In this document: piece after piece, positions 50,340 through 62,225 of the stretch | Numbering within the stretch: position 1 is the stretch's first letter | How the letters are laid out: each line of letters begins with the position of its first letter | DNA from: Azolla caroliniana | Taxonomy: Eukaryota > Plantae > Polypodiophyta | Length of the DNA stretch: 64,000 bases | Assembly: GCA_043228905.1 (NCBI GenBank) | Contig: JBHGNT010000006.1 | Coordinates: forward strand, 2,418,001 to 2,482,000 | Direction of reading: 5' to 3' | Position numbers and translations under genes: made by a program | Notes under the pieces: generated by a model | Seen by the model: only the letters and a program-made list of their open reading frames with translations | Told to the model about the DNA's origin: nothing | The model's database searches: none

Positions 50340-51582
50340 ATGTCAATGCACATAATGAAGGGATTGATGGCTTGGGTCCTCTATGCCTTCTTCATTTATG
50401 TGATCCTCTCCTCCTCAATGCAGGCTTATGACAATGGGGACATCCATGAGAGGGCTGTCTTGCAGGCTGGGGCAGCCAAGATCACAGATTTCATCTACGG
50501 CACATGCGACGGCACAGTTTTCTACCAGAACACGAGCGAGTTTGCGACAAATCTTCGCACCATCTTGAGTCTGATCAATGCTAGCTCGTCCTCGAACTAC
50601 TCGGGCAGCTATAGCTTGGCTTCTCCTACCAACGTGAGTCAGAGCGCGTATGCCACATACGAATGCAGGCGAGATGTGTTAATCGAAGAGTGTCACGCAT
50701 GCGTGTTGAAATCCCTCAACGCCTACTGTACATACGATGGAACCAGACATGCGGAATTGGTATTCTCCGGCATGACTACCATGTTCCGGGGTTGCTACTT
50801 CCGATACAGCAACCGAGTCAACTATCTGCAGGCATTGGCCACGGATGTTCTGACGACGAGGTATGAGTCATGTGATACGGCACCAGTGGCTGCATTGCAG
50901 GCAGGCGTGTTGCCGGCCCTAGCATATCTGCGCACGATCGCGCCAAACCAAACGGGTTTCTTCGCATCCGTGGCCGTAGTAGACATCAAGAATGTGTACC
51001 CGCCCGTCTACGCGCTCGCCCAGTGCTTGTCATTCCTCAGCCCGACGCAGTGCGCCCAATGCCTCAATCGTACGCCGATGAGGATTTGTAGTGCGCCGCT
51101 CTCTACTTATACCGATCTCGCATTCTACTTGCCGGTATGCTTTTACGTCTTCAACACATCCACGACTGTGGCATTCAACTCTAAATTCACCACGCTTTCT
51201 ATGAATTATACTCCATCTCCATCTCCATCTCCATCGCCATCTCCATTTGCATCTGGATCTGCATCTCCTCCTCCTCCTCCTCCTCCTCCTCCTCTTCGAT
51301 CTCCTCCTCCTCCATCACCAGGTAATTCTTTCTAACTCTACCCCATTAGATTTGGATGCTCCATTACTATTTTACTAGATCTTCAGTGCTTTTGTGGAGC
51401 TGGGAATTTATGTATCCGAGACTCCTTCAAATGTTTTGTGGAGATCTCAGCAAACCTAATTTGTTGGTAATATCCTCCATGGAGTAGGTAATATGAACAA
51501 GGCGGTGATCATGGGGGTCTCGGCGGGCAGAGCATCAATCCTATTTCTTCTGACGTTCTTTTTTGGTCTACGATTTGTCTGA
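50340..51582 (+). CDS. Double-DUF26 (Gnk2-like) cysteine-rich protein with SP/SPPPP stalk and GPI-signal-like tail (copy 6); exons 50340-51321 and 51488-51582, 358 aa
   Basis: Signal peptide, CRRDVLIEECHAC and CLSFLSPTQCAQC, and a phase-1 intron homologous to that of copy 4. Exon 2 encodes GNMNKAVIMGVSAGRASILFLLTFFFGLRFV*. Confidence 0.88.
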
Positions 51583-52399
51583 GTGACATTTTTCCGTTGG
51601 TCAGAGAGACATATATATATATATATTCAGAGTAAGATATTGCTTTGTTTCATCATCAGTGATCAGTAATATAATATGCTCACTTGTATTAAAACTTTTT
51701 TAACTTTAAGATAGTTGCATTAAGAATAGGGCCTCAAATTGTAATACATTCATCATCAGTGATCAATAATATAATATGGTCACTTGTACTAAATCTTTTT
51801 TAACTTTTAAGATAGTTGCATTAAGAATAGGGTCTCAAATTGTAATACATTTTCACATTATGTATGTTCTTGCAAAAAGCTGCGGTGCAACTCCAAGTTT
51901 ATGTTTAAGAGCCAATGATGTTAGACTCTCGCAAGAAAAAAAAATCCCATGGACACTTCATTCCCATGTGATGCTTCCTTTGAGAAATTTTGAAGTATAT
52001 GCATTCCCTTTGCCTTCTTCATTCCGATTAAATGCTTCCTTAGAAAACAATTTCAAAGTGTAGAGACTTATGTTTGGGTCTAACATTAGTGTGAGTTGAG
52101 ACTCTATTTTTTTGGTAGATGGCCTTATACACTCTTGCTCAGAAATGTGCCCCAACATATTACTACCAAAATGTGCCCCAATGCATGCACTCCACGATTG
52201 ATACGAATATTTGGAGGCATCAAATTTCTATTAACAAGTGTGCAATATGGCATGATGGTCATGTATATGTCATGAATCTATAAAAAATTGGGCATGATAG
52301 GTCACATTGTTTATAAAGAACTAAATTAGACAACTAGAAAGGTATCTGTTGCTATTTTTGGATACTTTTATATGCACTTGAACACAAGCATTTGGATAT

Positions 52400-53546
52400 T
52401 GTGGTGTGCATGTGTTCCTTTGTGCCACCTTTTTCGCATGCATGTAGTTAAGTGAATCCACCCTTTTTAGCATGCATGTAACTAAGTCAGCCCAAATGGG
52501 TACCTTTGTATCAACTATAAATTGAGCAAGAAGTTAGAAGCTAAGTAGGTTGGTTTGGATATCTTATGTGCATTTCACATATTGGTGGAGAAGCGGGGCA
52601 CCAGCCCCCCACGTCCAAGCATCTGCCTCTTCCGCTCCGTAGGTATGCATCGCTCTCGCTACCATCAATCACTCAACCCACACTATCTTGTTAGTCTATT
52701 GCAGTAGTATCTCCTACACGATAGCCCTACTATCCCCCACCTTAGCCAAGTCCAAGTGGCCCTCAGTCCTGAGCGATTGATCTTTATCCACCAATTGCTA
52801 GCTCGTTTTCTGTCACTAGCCCCGTCTAACTAGCAAGGCCGCCAATTCCACAGGGATGTCCTCAACGCCGTTGCAACTCAACTAGGTGTCCAGCTGATGT
52901 TTACGTCCCCATACCATCCTCACCAAACGCCTCAACAAGACCCTGGAGCAAGAGATGGCCGCATGAATCAGCCATTTTCGAGCCCTTTCGAGCACTCTAT
53001 GGGCGTGATTATCACCTCCCACATGGATCGTCCTTTGACGTCCATTCCAACCTTGCCAACATGGATAGTGGCACTTGGGGGCTCTAACTCCAATAGATGA
53101 TCCCCCTCCTCTGACAAGCCAGCTTCCAAAACCTACAAGTCGCACAACACCACCAGAAGCACCGAGGGATTCGGCTCATTCACCCTAGTTCACGTCATCA
53201 AATCCATCACGTACTTCCTCCGACGCGATTCCAATGACCAATTCTCCTCCTCCCATGTTGCCTGCATCAAGCCCAATGTCACCCTAGGCCCATCTTTTGA
53301 CCCCCGTTCTTTCCCCCATGTGGTAAACCTCCTTGTTTCTCTCAAGGGGGAAATGTGGTGTGCATGTGTTCCTTTATGCCACCCTTTTAGCATGCATGTA
53401 GTTAAGCCAACCCACCCTTTTAGCACACCCTTTTAAGCACGCATGTAACTAAGCTAGCCCAAATGGGTACCTGTATATCAACTATAAATTGAGCAAGAAG
53501 TAAGAAGTTAAGTAGGCTGGTTTTGATCCCTTGTGTGCATTTCACA
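52400..53546 (+). mobile_element. Non-autonomous LTR element (TRIM-like), 1147 bp
   Basis: TG..CA LTRs at 52400-52579 and 53354-53546. PBS TGGTGGAGAAGCGGGGCA at 52583-52600, PPT AAGGGGGAAA at 53344-53353, 4-bp TSD ATAT. The empty paralogous site is at about 36095-36110. Confidence 0.9.
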
Positions 53547-55520
53547 ATATAGTTATAATCTATTAAACTCGGCTAATTTCAAAATTAAATTATAATAGAT
53601 CCCCACAATAATTGCCAGTCCCTACTAAGTCTAAATTTAGATTCTACATATTAAAGACAAATTAGGATGATTACATTACGTACTTTGTGACTTATGAGAA
53701 CTTGCCCTCCACAAGCCTTCCGAACAAGGAGCCTACAATCCCCCTATTGATACAAGTACACAAGGTTAAGGCTAAGCACGTTAGGGTTAAATGATCAAAG
53801 TTGATTGAAGTGATCTAATCATCTAGCAAGGAGAAATAAATATAATTACTTTTGTTTGTAGTAATCCAAGTTCCTTTTCCATTAACAATCTAAAAATGGA
53901 TAAATATTACTTCTCAAGTGGTCATTAGAACACAAAAAGCAAACAAAAACGTCTACGTTAGAGGCTATTTTTGCCATGCCATTAGAGTTCAATATCTAGG
54001 TAATAGACCTATATTAAGGCCTAGTAACATATCCTTCAATATATTTAATGTACAATCTCTTGCAAGAAATACACACTATGAGCATTTAGATGTTGGTCAT
54101 TCCATCATTCGCAAAAGCTGGTCACTTTGTCATTACCATCATGTTGGTACATAATTATCTTCTTTTTCATTTTAATCCTCGCTAAAGCTAAACCTTACAT
54201 TCATTTCCACTTATATTTAATACTTCAAGTCTAGACCTACATTTGTTTTCTGTGCCCATTATAGTGGAGCAGCAAAATGTTGTGTGTGTCTATGATCAGC
54301 AATTACATGCTTTCCATGGAGAAAAAATGGTGTTACACAACCTTAAAATATGGTCATATGGTTTTTTGGGAGCCTTTAATTCTCATAAGCAAACTTATCA
54401 AGGATGAATAGCAATTGAGCATACATAATTTGGCCTTTATATAGACGGAGAAATTGTTTTCACATCCCAAGGGCATCCACAAAAAATAAACATATATTTC
54501 TCAAACTCAAATACATCATAATGAGTGTTTTAAGATTCCTTTTAGACTAGCAATCCACCTCTGCAAAGGTACATGCATGGTCTAAATTTGATCATTATTA
54601 TCCATCACCATTTGTTTACTTTTTTTTTTTTAGTTGTACATTCATACCCAGAAAAAAATATACATCCCCAAAAAAACCAAGATCCTGAAGAGTTTCTGAA
54701 CAAAATGTACCCTATGACAAGAAAATGGTTTCCTGTGTTACATGGAAATGGTTAAAAATGCTGAAATTCCTCAATGTTTTTTCCCATAGCTTGAACTGCC
54801 TGTTGAAACATATGACATATATGATCAAACACATGAGTATACATCACCAGTCTGCCCAAAAACAAAAGTGGCACTCCAGTTAGGCCTTACCATGTTGTGT
54901 TGGATAGTATGGTTGATCATGTGGTGGATGAGCTGTCAAACCAAAGAGCAGTATAGAGAATTAAATATAAAAGGAGAAGTTGATTCATACAAAACCAAAG
55001 CCAGAGAGAGAAACATGATATATGATGTAATAAAGAGAGAATAAATAGAAAAGAAGAAATTCATTCATGCAAAACCAAAACCCGCGAGAGAGAGACATGA
55101 TACATGGTGTAATAAAGATGTGTGAAAGGAAGGATTGAACCCAGGACCTTGTAATCATAGCTAAATAGCTTACCCCTGTGATACGGCTATTAGAATAATA
55201 AAAGAAAACAGAGACAATTGTGTGTCTGTATCTGCATGTGCTGTAGCTGAGTAGGTAAGGTTGTCCAGCAGCGACACAAATGGTCATTGCATTCAACCCC
55301 TACATCCCACAGTAGCATCTATGGAGGTCGTTAAGATAGTGATAATTGACCCCGCATGCATGGGTTAGCAGAAATTTAGCTTATCACCAGTAGAACCCAA
55401 AAGATTGAGCTTGTAGATAACCAAGGACAAGGTAATTGTCTTTCAAATCACCGGTGATGCGAACATTCTCAGTAATAATAGTCACCCTTCAAAATAAATG
55501 ATACTGAAAACGAGATAGAA

Positions 55521-58140
55521 TCATCCCTTACCTGTAGGAGGATACAAAGATCCTACATTGTATGGATCCGGATGGTATCCTTGCGGAGCAGGGGGGTATC
55601 CTTGTGGGGCCGGAGGATATCCAGGAGCTGGAGGGTACCCTTGAGAATAGCCTGGCGCAGGTGGAGGGTATCCTTGAGGGGGAGGCGGGTATCCTTGCGG
55701 GGGAGGAGGGTATCCTTGCGGGGGAGGAGGGTATCCTTGCGGGGGTGGAGCATATCCTTGTGTGGGTGGACCATATCCTTGTGAAGGTGGAGCATAGTAT
55801 GGAGGTTGACCAAACAGAGCATGGGAACTATCTGTTTTGTGTTTGTCCTTGTCCTTTTTGTTCTTGTCTTTGTCTTTGTCCTTTTTATCTTTGTCCTTTT
55901 TGTCCTTGTCCTTTTTGTCCTTGTCCTTGTGCTCTTTGCCTTTCCCTTTGTCCTTATCTTTGTCAAGACCTCTACTGTAAGATAAAGATTCAACAGGATA
56001 ACCACTTAATTTCTCAGATGGAGGGTATGATGAAGTTGGATAGGTTACACCAGTCAGAGGTGGATAGGCAGGTGGATAGGCACCATCTAAATTAGGGGGA
56101 TATGATTGTGGGTAATTTACATCATCTTGGGTGGTCGGAGGATATGAAGGTGGATAGGCAGATGATACACCTTCAGATTGGGGAGGATACAATTGGGTAT
56201 GGGGTTGGGTATAGGCTGGTGGAGGATAAGTAGCAGGGGGTTGGGTATAGGCCGGTGGCGGATAAATAGCAGGAGGATAAGAACCACTTGTTTCATAACC
56301 ATAAGGCGGATAAGACTCTTTACTCGGGGGATATGTAGGTAATGTGGTTGAAACAGCAGGCGGATAGGGTTGATAACTACCTTCATTAACATGAGAACCT
56401 AACTCCACAGTAAGATTTTGATAGCTTGGGTAGGTCTCTTGATTGAGTGTATATCTGGGTGTTGGATCCAATTTATGCGCGGTGGCCAGAGGAGCATCAT
56501 ATGCGTCTTTCAGCGGAGGATATGATGGGGTGTTATCTGGAGCATTTTGTGGATAAGCAAACCCAGTGCCACCAGATCCATGACTGTTCTTACTACTTTC
56601 CACTACGTGAGGAGCTGCTGAATCCGTGGTGTGAAGTGTAGAATTGTATTTTAGAGATGATTCTTTCTCCAAACTCATCTTTTTCAAAGAATCGCTTACA
56701 GCTTCCAATTTACTAAAATCATTCTTTGGTGCCACATAGCTGTCACTTACCGAATATTCATATACCTCCGAAACCTTTCCTTCGTTGTTTGATGCTCTCA
56801 AAGGCTTCTGTAGACAGAATGAGAAATCCGTGTCAAACAAAATGCTCAATAATTTAATAAGCAAAAAATATGGAGAATTGTGTTTGTGGTTTGTTAGAAT
56901 TCTGGCAGAATGAATTATAACGCCCTTGAAAGCTTAGTTTGAAAAGTAGTAAGCAAAGTCTATGGAAAAGTAAGCTATGTATTTTGCCCTCCTATTTTAA
57001 CCAGGATATTCATAGTTCTTCTCAATGTGTATAGATTTCGAGCAACAGTTAGGCCAAAGTAAGCTATGTATTTCACCCTCCCATTATAATCAGGATATTT
57101 GTAGTTCTTGTCAAAGTTTATAGATTATCACAATTTTTTTTCTTTCATAATTCTTCTCTATGACTGTGGCTAGCTTCAAAAAGTTTTAACTCGTCAATTT
57201 TAAAAAAAGTGATAACACATTGCATTGTGCTTTGCACATAATCTCTTCTTTCTATATATAAATTTTTCCAATCATTAAATTTGTGAAAAGAGCAGAATGC
57301 ACCAACTTGTGTATCTGGCTTCCACTTCCATGCAGCCTTTAGTTTTCCTGTCTCACCCTTTTGTGGATTAATAAGAGCGCTTAGTGTGGCTTCTTCTTTT
57401 CCAACCATACTCAGAATAGGGATCCTACAAAAGAGCAAGAATTAGTTGATACTGTATGTATATCACTACAAACATGTTAAAATACAACTTGCCATGAACA
57501 CAAAAAACTTACTTTGCAACGCCCAAGAGCTCCTCTTTTTCATTATTTACTCCAAAAACTTGGACCACCAGTTCTTTGGACATGTCTTCTTGTTCAAGAT
57601 TGAATTCAAGAGTCTCGTTCCATACTGGCAGCCTTCCATGATCTGAAACAAGTGAATCGAATCTCTCGTTATACACCCGATGAAATTTGGTCCAAGCCTA
57701 TGTGAAACCAAGAGAAAGATACACACACATCAATATATGTATATACTACCTTCAGCAGTTTTCGTACAGCGTTGCTCTTTGTTGCATCTCAATATAGCAT
57801 AGGTATCATTAGGTTCTGGCACAAGAATTACAAATACAAGAGTTTAGAATATGAAATTTCTGACAAAAAACACACGGATCAAACGCTAAGTCGAGCATTA
57901 TCAAAATACATATATGACAAAAAAGAGGAAACTTTGCAGAGATTAAATGTTTGGGCTTTAATGAAAATTAAATCCATTAATAAAAGAGATGAAAAGAAAA
58001 AGAATCTTCAAAGGGCATTGAAATAGATTTACGGCCATGGCCATGGGTTTAATGAGGTAATAAAACTTACCTGAATCAAAGGATGCATAAGGGGAGAAGG
58101 AGGCAGAGATAATGGTGATCTCCAAAGTTCCAGTTGCCAT
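55521..58140 (-). CDS. C2-domain protein with a long Tyr/Pro-rich C-terminus and a KD repeat (SRC2-like architecture); exons 58140-58071, 57815-57750, 57642-57513, 57424-57307, 56807-55521; 556 aa
   Basis: The spliced frame gives MATGTLEITIISA...DTYAILRC...TKTAEDHGRLPVWNETLEF...ELVVQVF...ELLGVAKIPI...GKLKAAW, a C2 pattern. All introns are GT-AG with compatible phases; total 1671 nt. Confidence 0.85.
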
Positions 58141-59626
58141 ACTCAAGACAATCTCAGATCCGCCTTGCTCGATTTCTCTTCTGATGTTATGTTAAAACCT
58201 GTTTGCATGCTCTGATCTGTTCTGTTCTGTTCTGCTCTTATTCGTCGTCGTCTTCATTTTGTAACGCGTTTGTTTCTGACTTTCGAGTATTATTACAATT
58301 TACACATATTGATATAATAAATGATAAAACTATCAATGACGCGTCTTAATTTGGGAAATGCCCCTCAGTTTTGCTTTATTCCCCAAAAGTACCCCCCACA
58401 CACACATTGGTTAGTCAAAATATGGCATCGTTATCTCACATCATTTCTTCAATGCATTAATTTCATACGAAATTTGGCTTCTAATATAATGGCTTTCGAG
58501 ATCGCGTGGTGAATCTACCTACCTCAAGATGACATTTAAATAATCCTAAATAATCCGATAAAGTTGTAAAGTTATTCCTTCACTAATGCTTTCACGAGCT
58601 TCATTTGCACCCAAAAAAAGGTATTGACTATTGTTTCAAATGATAACATTATCAATTTATATGAATCACCGCATATAGCTTGAAAAACAATCTTAAGGTA
58701 CAACCTAATAAGAAAGAAAATATTCATCGTTTCATAAATTGAGCATCTCTAGAAATCTTTTAAGAAATAATGACCGGTAATTTGAGAATTGTGAAGATGT
58801 CCAATGTTGCATTCTCACATGCAATAGCCCATCAATGAACTTCCAAAAATTCAAAACAGGACCAAATTTTTCAAATAACTAGCACTATTTGACCAACGTC
58901 ATAAAATATTCTCGAGATGGGCGATAGATAGCCAAGGAATCCTACACACAAGCTATACAATTAGAATTAATTAATACATAGTTTTCTTGCCATCTATTGT
59001 GGTTTCATTGAAAACAATGTGGGCAATCTTGCATTACAGGAGCTCCATTGTTATCACCTTCATGAAAAACCCCATCTTGCATTACAATGTGGCCAATTTT
59101 GCATTACAAAAGCTCCATCGTTATCACCTCCATGAAAAAACCCATCTTGCATATTATTATTACATGTATGAAACACATCAAGTGGTCCCTCTAATCTACA
59201 CATGCAATAGTGAGGCAGGAGCCAAGATCACTTCCCATCCTACAAGTATTAAGATAACCTCCAATTATCTAAAATTCCGTCACACTTTATTTATTAATAC
59301 TATGTAAATCACCTCAAAGTGTGTTGAACAAACCCATGTCCAAATAGCACCAGAAGTTCCAACTGTATATTTTGTAATTATACATTATGTGGTACTCAAC
59401 AAGCTTTAGGGATAAGCAATAGTCATAATCCCTCAAATTATGAAACAAATATATAAACATGTTATAATCCCTCATATTATCAAACAAATATATGAACAAA
59501 CAAATAGGGTCCCTTAAAACATAAGGGTATCCCTAATATGTAACTTTGTTATTTCACGAAGGGAATACTCTTGAGTTTGGATGTGAAGATGTCAATTCAA
59601 ACTAAATACTTGGGATCAAAGTGGTT

Positions 59627-60106
59627 GTATATAACCCAGAACTGTTGTCAATTTCCCAAGTAAAGGCACGCTTCAATGATAGATAATAGATACATTTCCT
59701 CCATTCAATACTACTAGAAGGCCCTACAAATTTACAAATACTACATCTCTTAAGTTTCCCCTCTCCCATCATAGAAGTGTTGTTGCTTGTATAGAAGCCA
59801 GAACTGTTGTCAATTTCCCAACTAAAGGCACCCTTCAATGATAGATAATAGATACATTTCCTCCATTCAATACTACTAGAAGGCCCTACAAATTTACAAA
59901 TACTACATCTCTTAAGTTTCCCCTCTCCCATCATAGAAGTGTTGTTGCTTGTATAGAAGCCAGAACTGTTGTCAATTTCCCAACTAAAGGCACCCTTCAA
60001 TGATAGATAATAGATACATTTCCTCCATTCAATACTACTAGAAGGCCCTACAAATTTACAAATACTACATCTCTTAAGTTTCCCCTCTCCCATCATAGAA
60101 GTGTTG
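59627..60106. repeat. 162-bp tandem triplication
   Basis: AGAACTGTTGTCAATTTCCC at 59638, 59800 and 59962. Copies 2 and 3 appear identical. Confidence 0.92.
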
Positions 60107-60385
60107 CATTATTACGTACAATGATATGAGACCTATATACACATAAACCAATTTTCACCAATTTTCATACTTACATGGTAGACATAGCGGTTAAATATCC
60201 TTTGATCAACATCTCTAGATTTAAGTATCATTTTCAAATCTTCTAGCATATTTGGGAGGCAATCCACTTCCCGCATTTTCAAACTCTATATACATTTACC
60301 ATTATTTGCATACTTGCATGCTAGACATAGATGTTCTATATACTTCAATCAACATCTCTATCGATTCAGGTAGCATTTTCAAATC

Positions 60386-61555
60386 TTATTGCACATTTGG
60401 ACGGCAATCCACTTCTCTCGTTTCTGGAAGTAAGCCTTTCCCTGAGAGGAAAGAGTTTGCTAACGGATCAATACCATTTTCAGGTCCTTGAAAATTTGCA
60501 CGTTGCTCTCTTTGCTTCAAGAAGGATATATTGAACCGCTTTTCAACATCTATATGAAATATCGACTTACAAACCCTCAAAACATATTTGTAGTTAAGGT
60601 TGTCACGAAACAATATGCAAAATGTAATTAACGATAACATGTTGAATTGTCACCATAAGCAAATACAAAGATTAATACATACCATGTTCCAATTGTTCAT
60701 TGAGTTGGCCATCACTAGTCAATGCCATCATAAGTTGAGGAAGCCCGAGAGGTAATGTGTCTCCCTTATCAAACTGCCAAAAGTGGAAGACTTTTCCATA
60801 TGTCTTACAAAGTTCCTTCATCTCTGCCTTCTCCGCAAATGCAGGAACACCTGGCATAAACAAGACTCCACTTTTCACTTCGTACTCATGGGAGTGCCAA
60901 AGCTTCTTTTCTTCATCAGGAAGTGAGCGAAAAAGTCGTTCTGTGACGATGTATTCAATCCCGATGAGCCTTGCATCCTTGTCAGGTGAGTCATAAATTA
61001 GGCATTGATGCAAATCTTGGTTATAATGGGTACAATAATGGTGTGCCTCAACTTGCCTTGTCATGTCATAGGCATAGAAATGAAATCTACACATTGAACA
61101 TTGGCACAATAATCAAACCATTAAACTTACAAAAATATTTCACTACCATTTTCAAGATAACCTTTAATTCTCCAAATTCTCCCCACTTCACAATTTTTTC
61201 TATTGGGGTGTGTGTGTGTAGAAAAGGAAACGATATTTTGGGGATATCAAACAATCAAGTGTATATTTCACCAAATTTAGGTGAATTAACAACTAAAATT
61301 AGTGCATAAGTGTAGATGATAATTGAAGTTAGCCTAAGGTAATTAAGAGAGCAATAAATAAAATGAACGAATATGAAAGGAGAGGGGAAGAGGGGTTGGG
61401 TAGAGACAAATTACGCGCAAAGGTGAGCATGGATCCTCGAGACGGGTTCGAAGCTCTGTAATGCTTCCGAAGATCCCTCGATCGCAGCCGTCGAAAACTT
61501 AATGGGATGGCCAGGAACTTCTCGAGATTGAAGAAGAGGGCCAGGACCTACGGAA

Positions 61556-61560
<5 letters not shown>
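60386..61560 (-). CDS. OBAP1: Oil body-associated protein (OBAP1-like, DUF1264); exons 61560-61415, 61086-60683, 60549-60386; 237 aa
   Basis: [33 protein letters not shown]...QCLIYD...RLIGIEYIV...[12 protein letters not shown]...[25 protein letters not shown] introns in phase; total 714 nt. Confidence 0.92.

Positions 61561-61603
<43 letters not shown>
61561..61603. repeat. (CT)n/(GA)n microsatellite directly abutting the OBAP start codon
   Basis: The dinucleotide run ends at the CAT at 61558-61560. Confidence 0.95.
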
Positions 61604-61606
<3 letters not shown>

Positions 61607-61717
61607 TCAATATGTGACTGTATCAAGAATCTTTCTCAATTCAATTCCAAGTACCGCTCTAGATATGTGTTAATTCCAAGTATAGAAAAGAAAGTAGTTG
61701 GTTTCTAGAACTAGTGT

Positions 61718-61740
61718 CACGTGTCCTAACGAGCATGCAT
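61718..61740 (-). promoter_or_regulatory. ABRE (CACGTGTC) and RY (GCATGCAT) motifs upstream of OBAP
   Basis: CACGTGTC at 61718-61725 and GCATGCAT at 61733-61740, about 160-180 bp upstream of the ATG. Confidence 0.55.
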
Positions 61741-61959
61741 ATGGACAAATTTACCATTATGTACTTGCCGCTATACACTTGGGCCCAAAAATAAATAAAA
61801 ATAGAAGTATAGTGTTGGAGACTTACGAATTTGTTTATATTCAAATTTGATAGATTTTGGAGTGGAGGTTTGATTAACTAACCCCTTTGATTGGTTGTCC
61901 AAAGACGAGAGAGTTACGTGATCTCCTATTTTTTGTTCCCTCAAAATACTCGTAACTCA

Positions 61960-62225
61960 ATTATGCCAAGGTAGTTTGTGGATAACATGTTAATATTCTA
62001 TTGCCACTCAATAGTCTTGAGTGATCCAAGGGGCTAGGTTGGTGAAGAGATGGTTATTGGTTTTGGGATGCAAAGTTAATGGAGCCATTTCAAATATTCA
62101 ATTATGCCACGACACTTTGTGGATAACATGTTAATATTCAATTGCCACTCGATAGTCCCGAGTGATCCAAGGGGCTAGGTTGGTCAAGAGATGGTTATTG
62201 GTTTTGGGATGCAAAGTTATTGGAC
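61960..62225. repeat. ~141-bp diverged tandem duplication
   Basis: GTGGATAACATGTTAATATTC at 61978 and 62119. Confidence 0.8.

Noticed and set aside
55562-56095. Plus-strand ORF with GILAGEE and CPFC repeats
   Set aside because: Antisense shadow of the YPP and KD repeats of the C2 gene.
59602-60096. 164-aa ORF with three 54-aa repeats
   Set aside because: By-product of the 162-bp triplication, with no recognisable domain.
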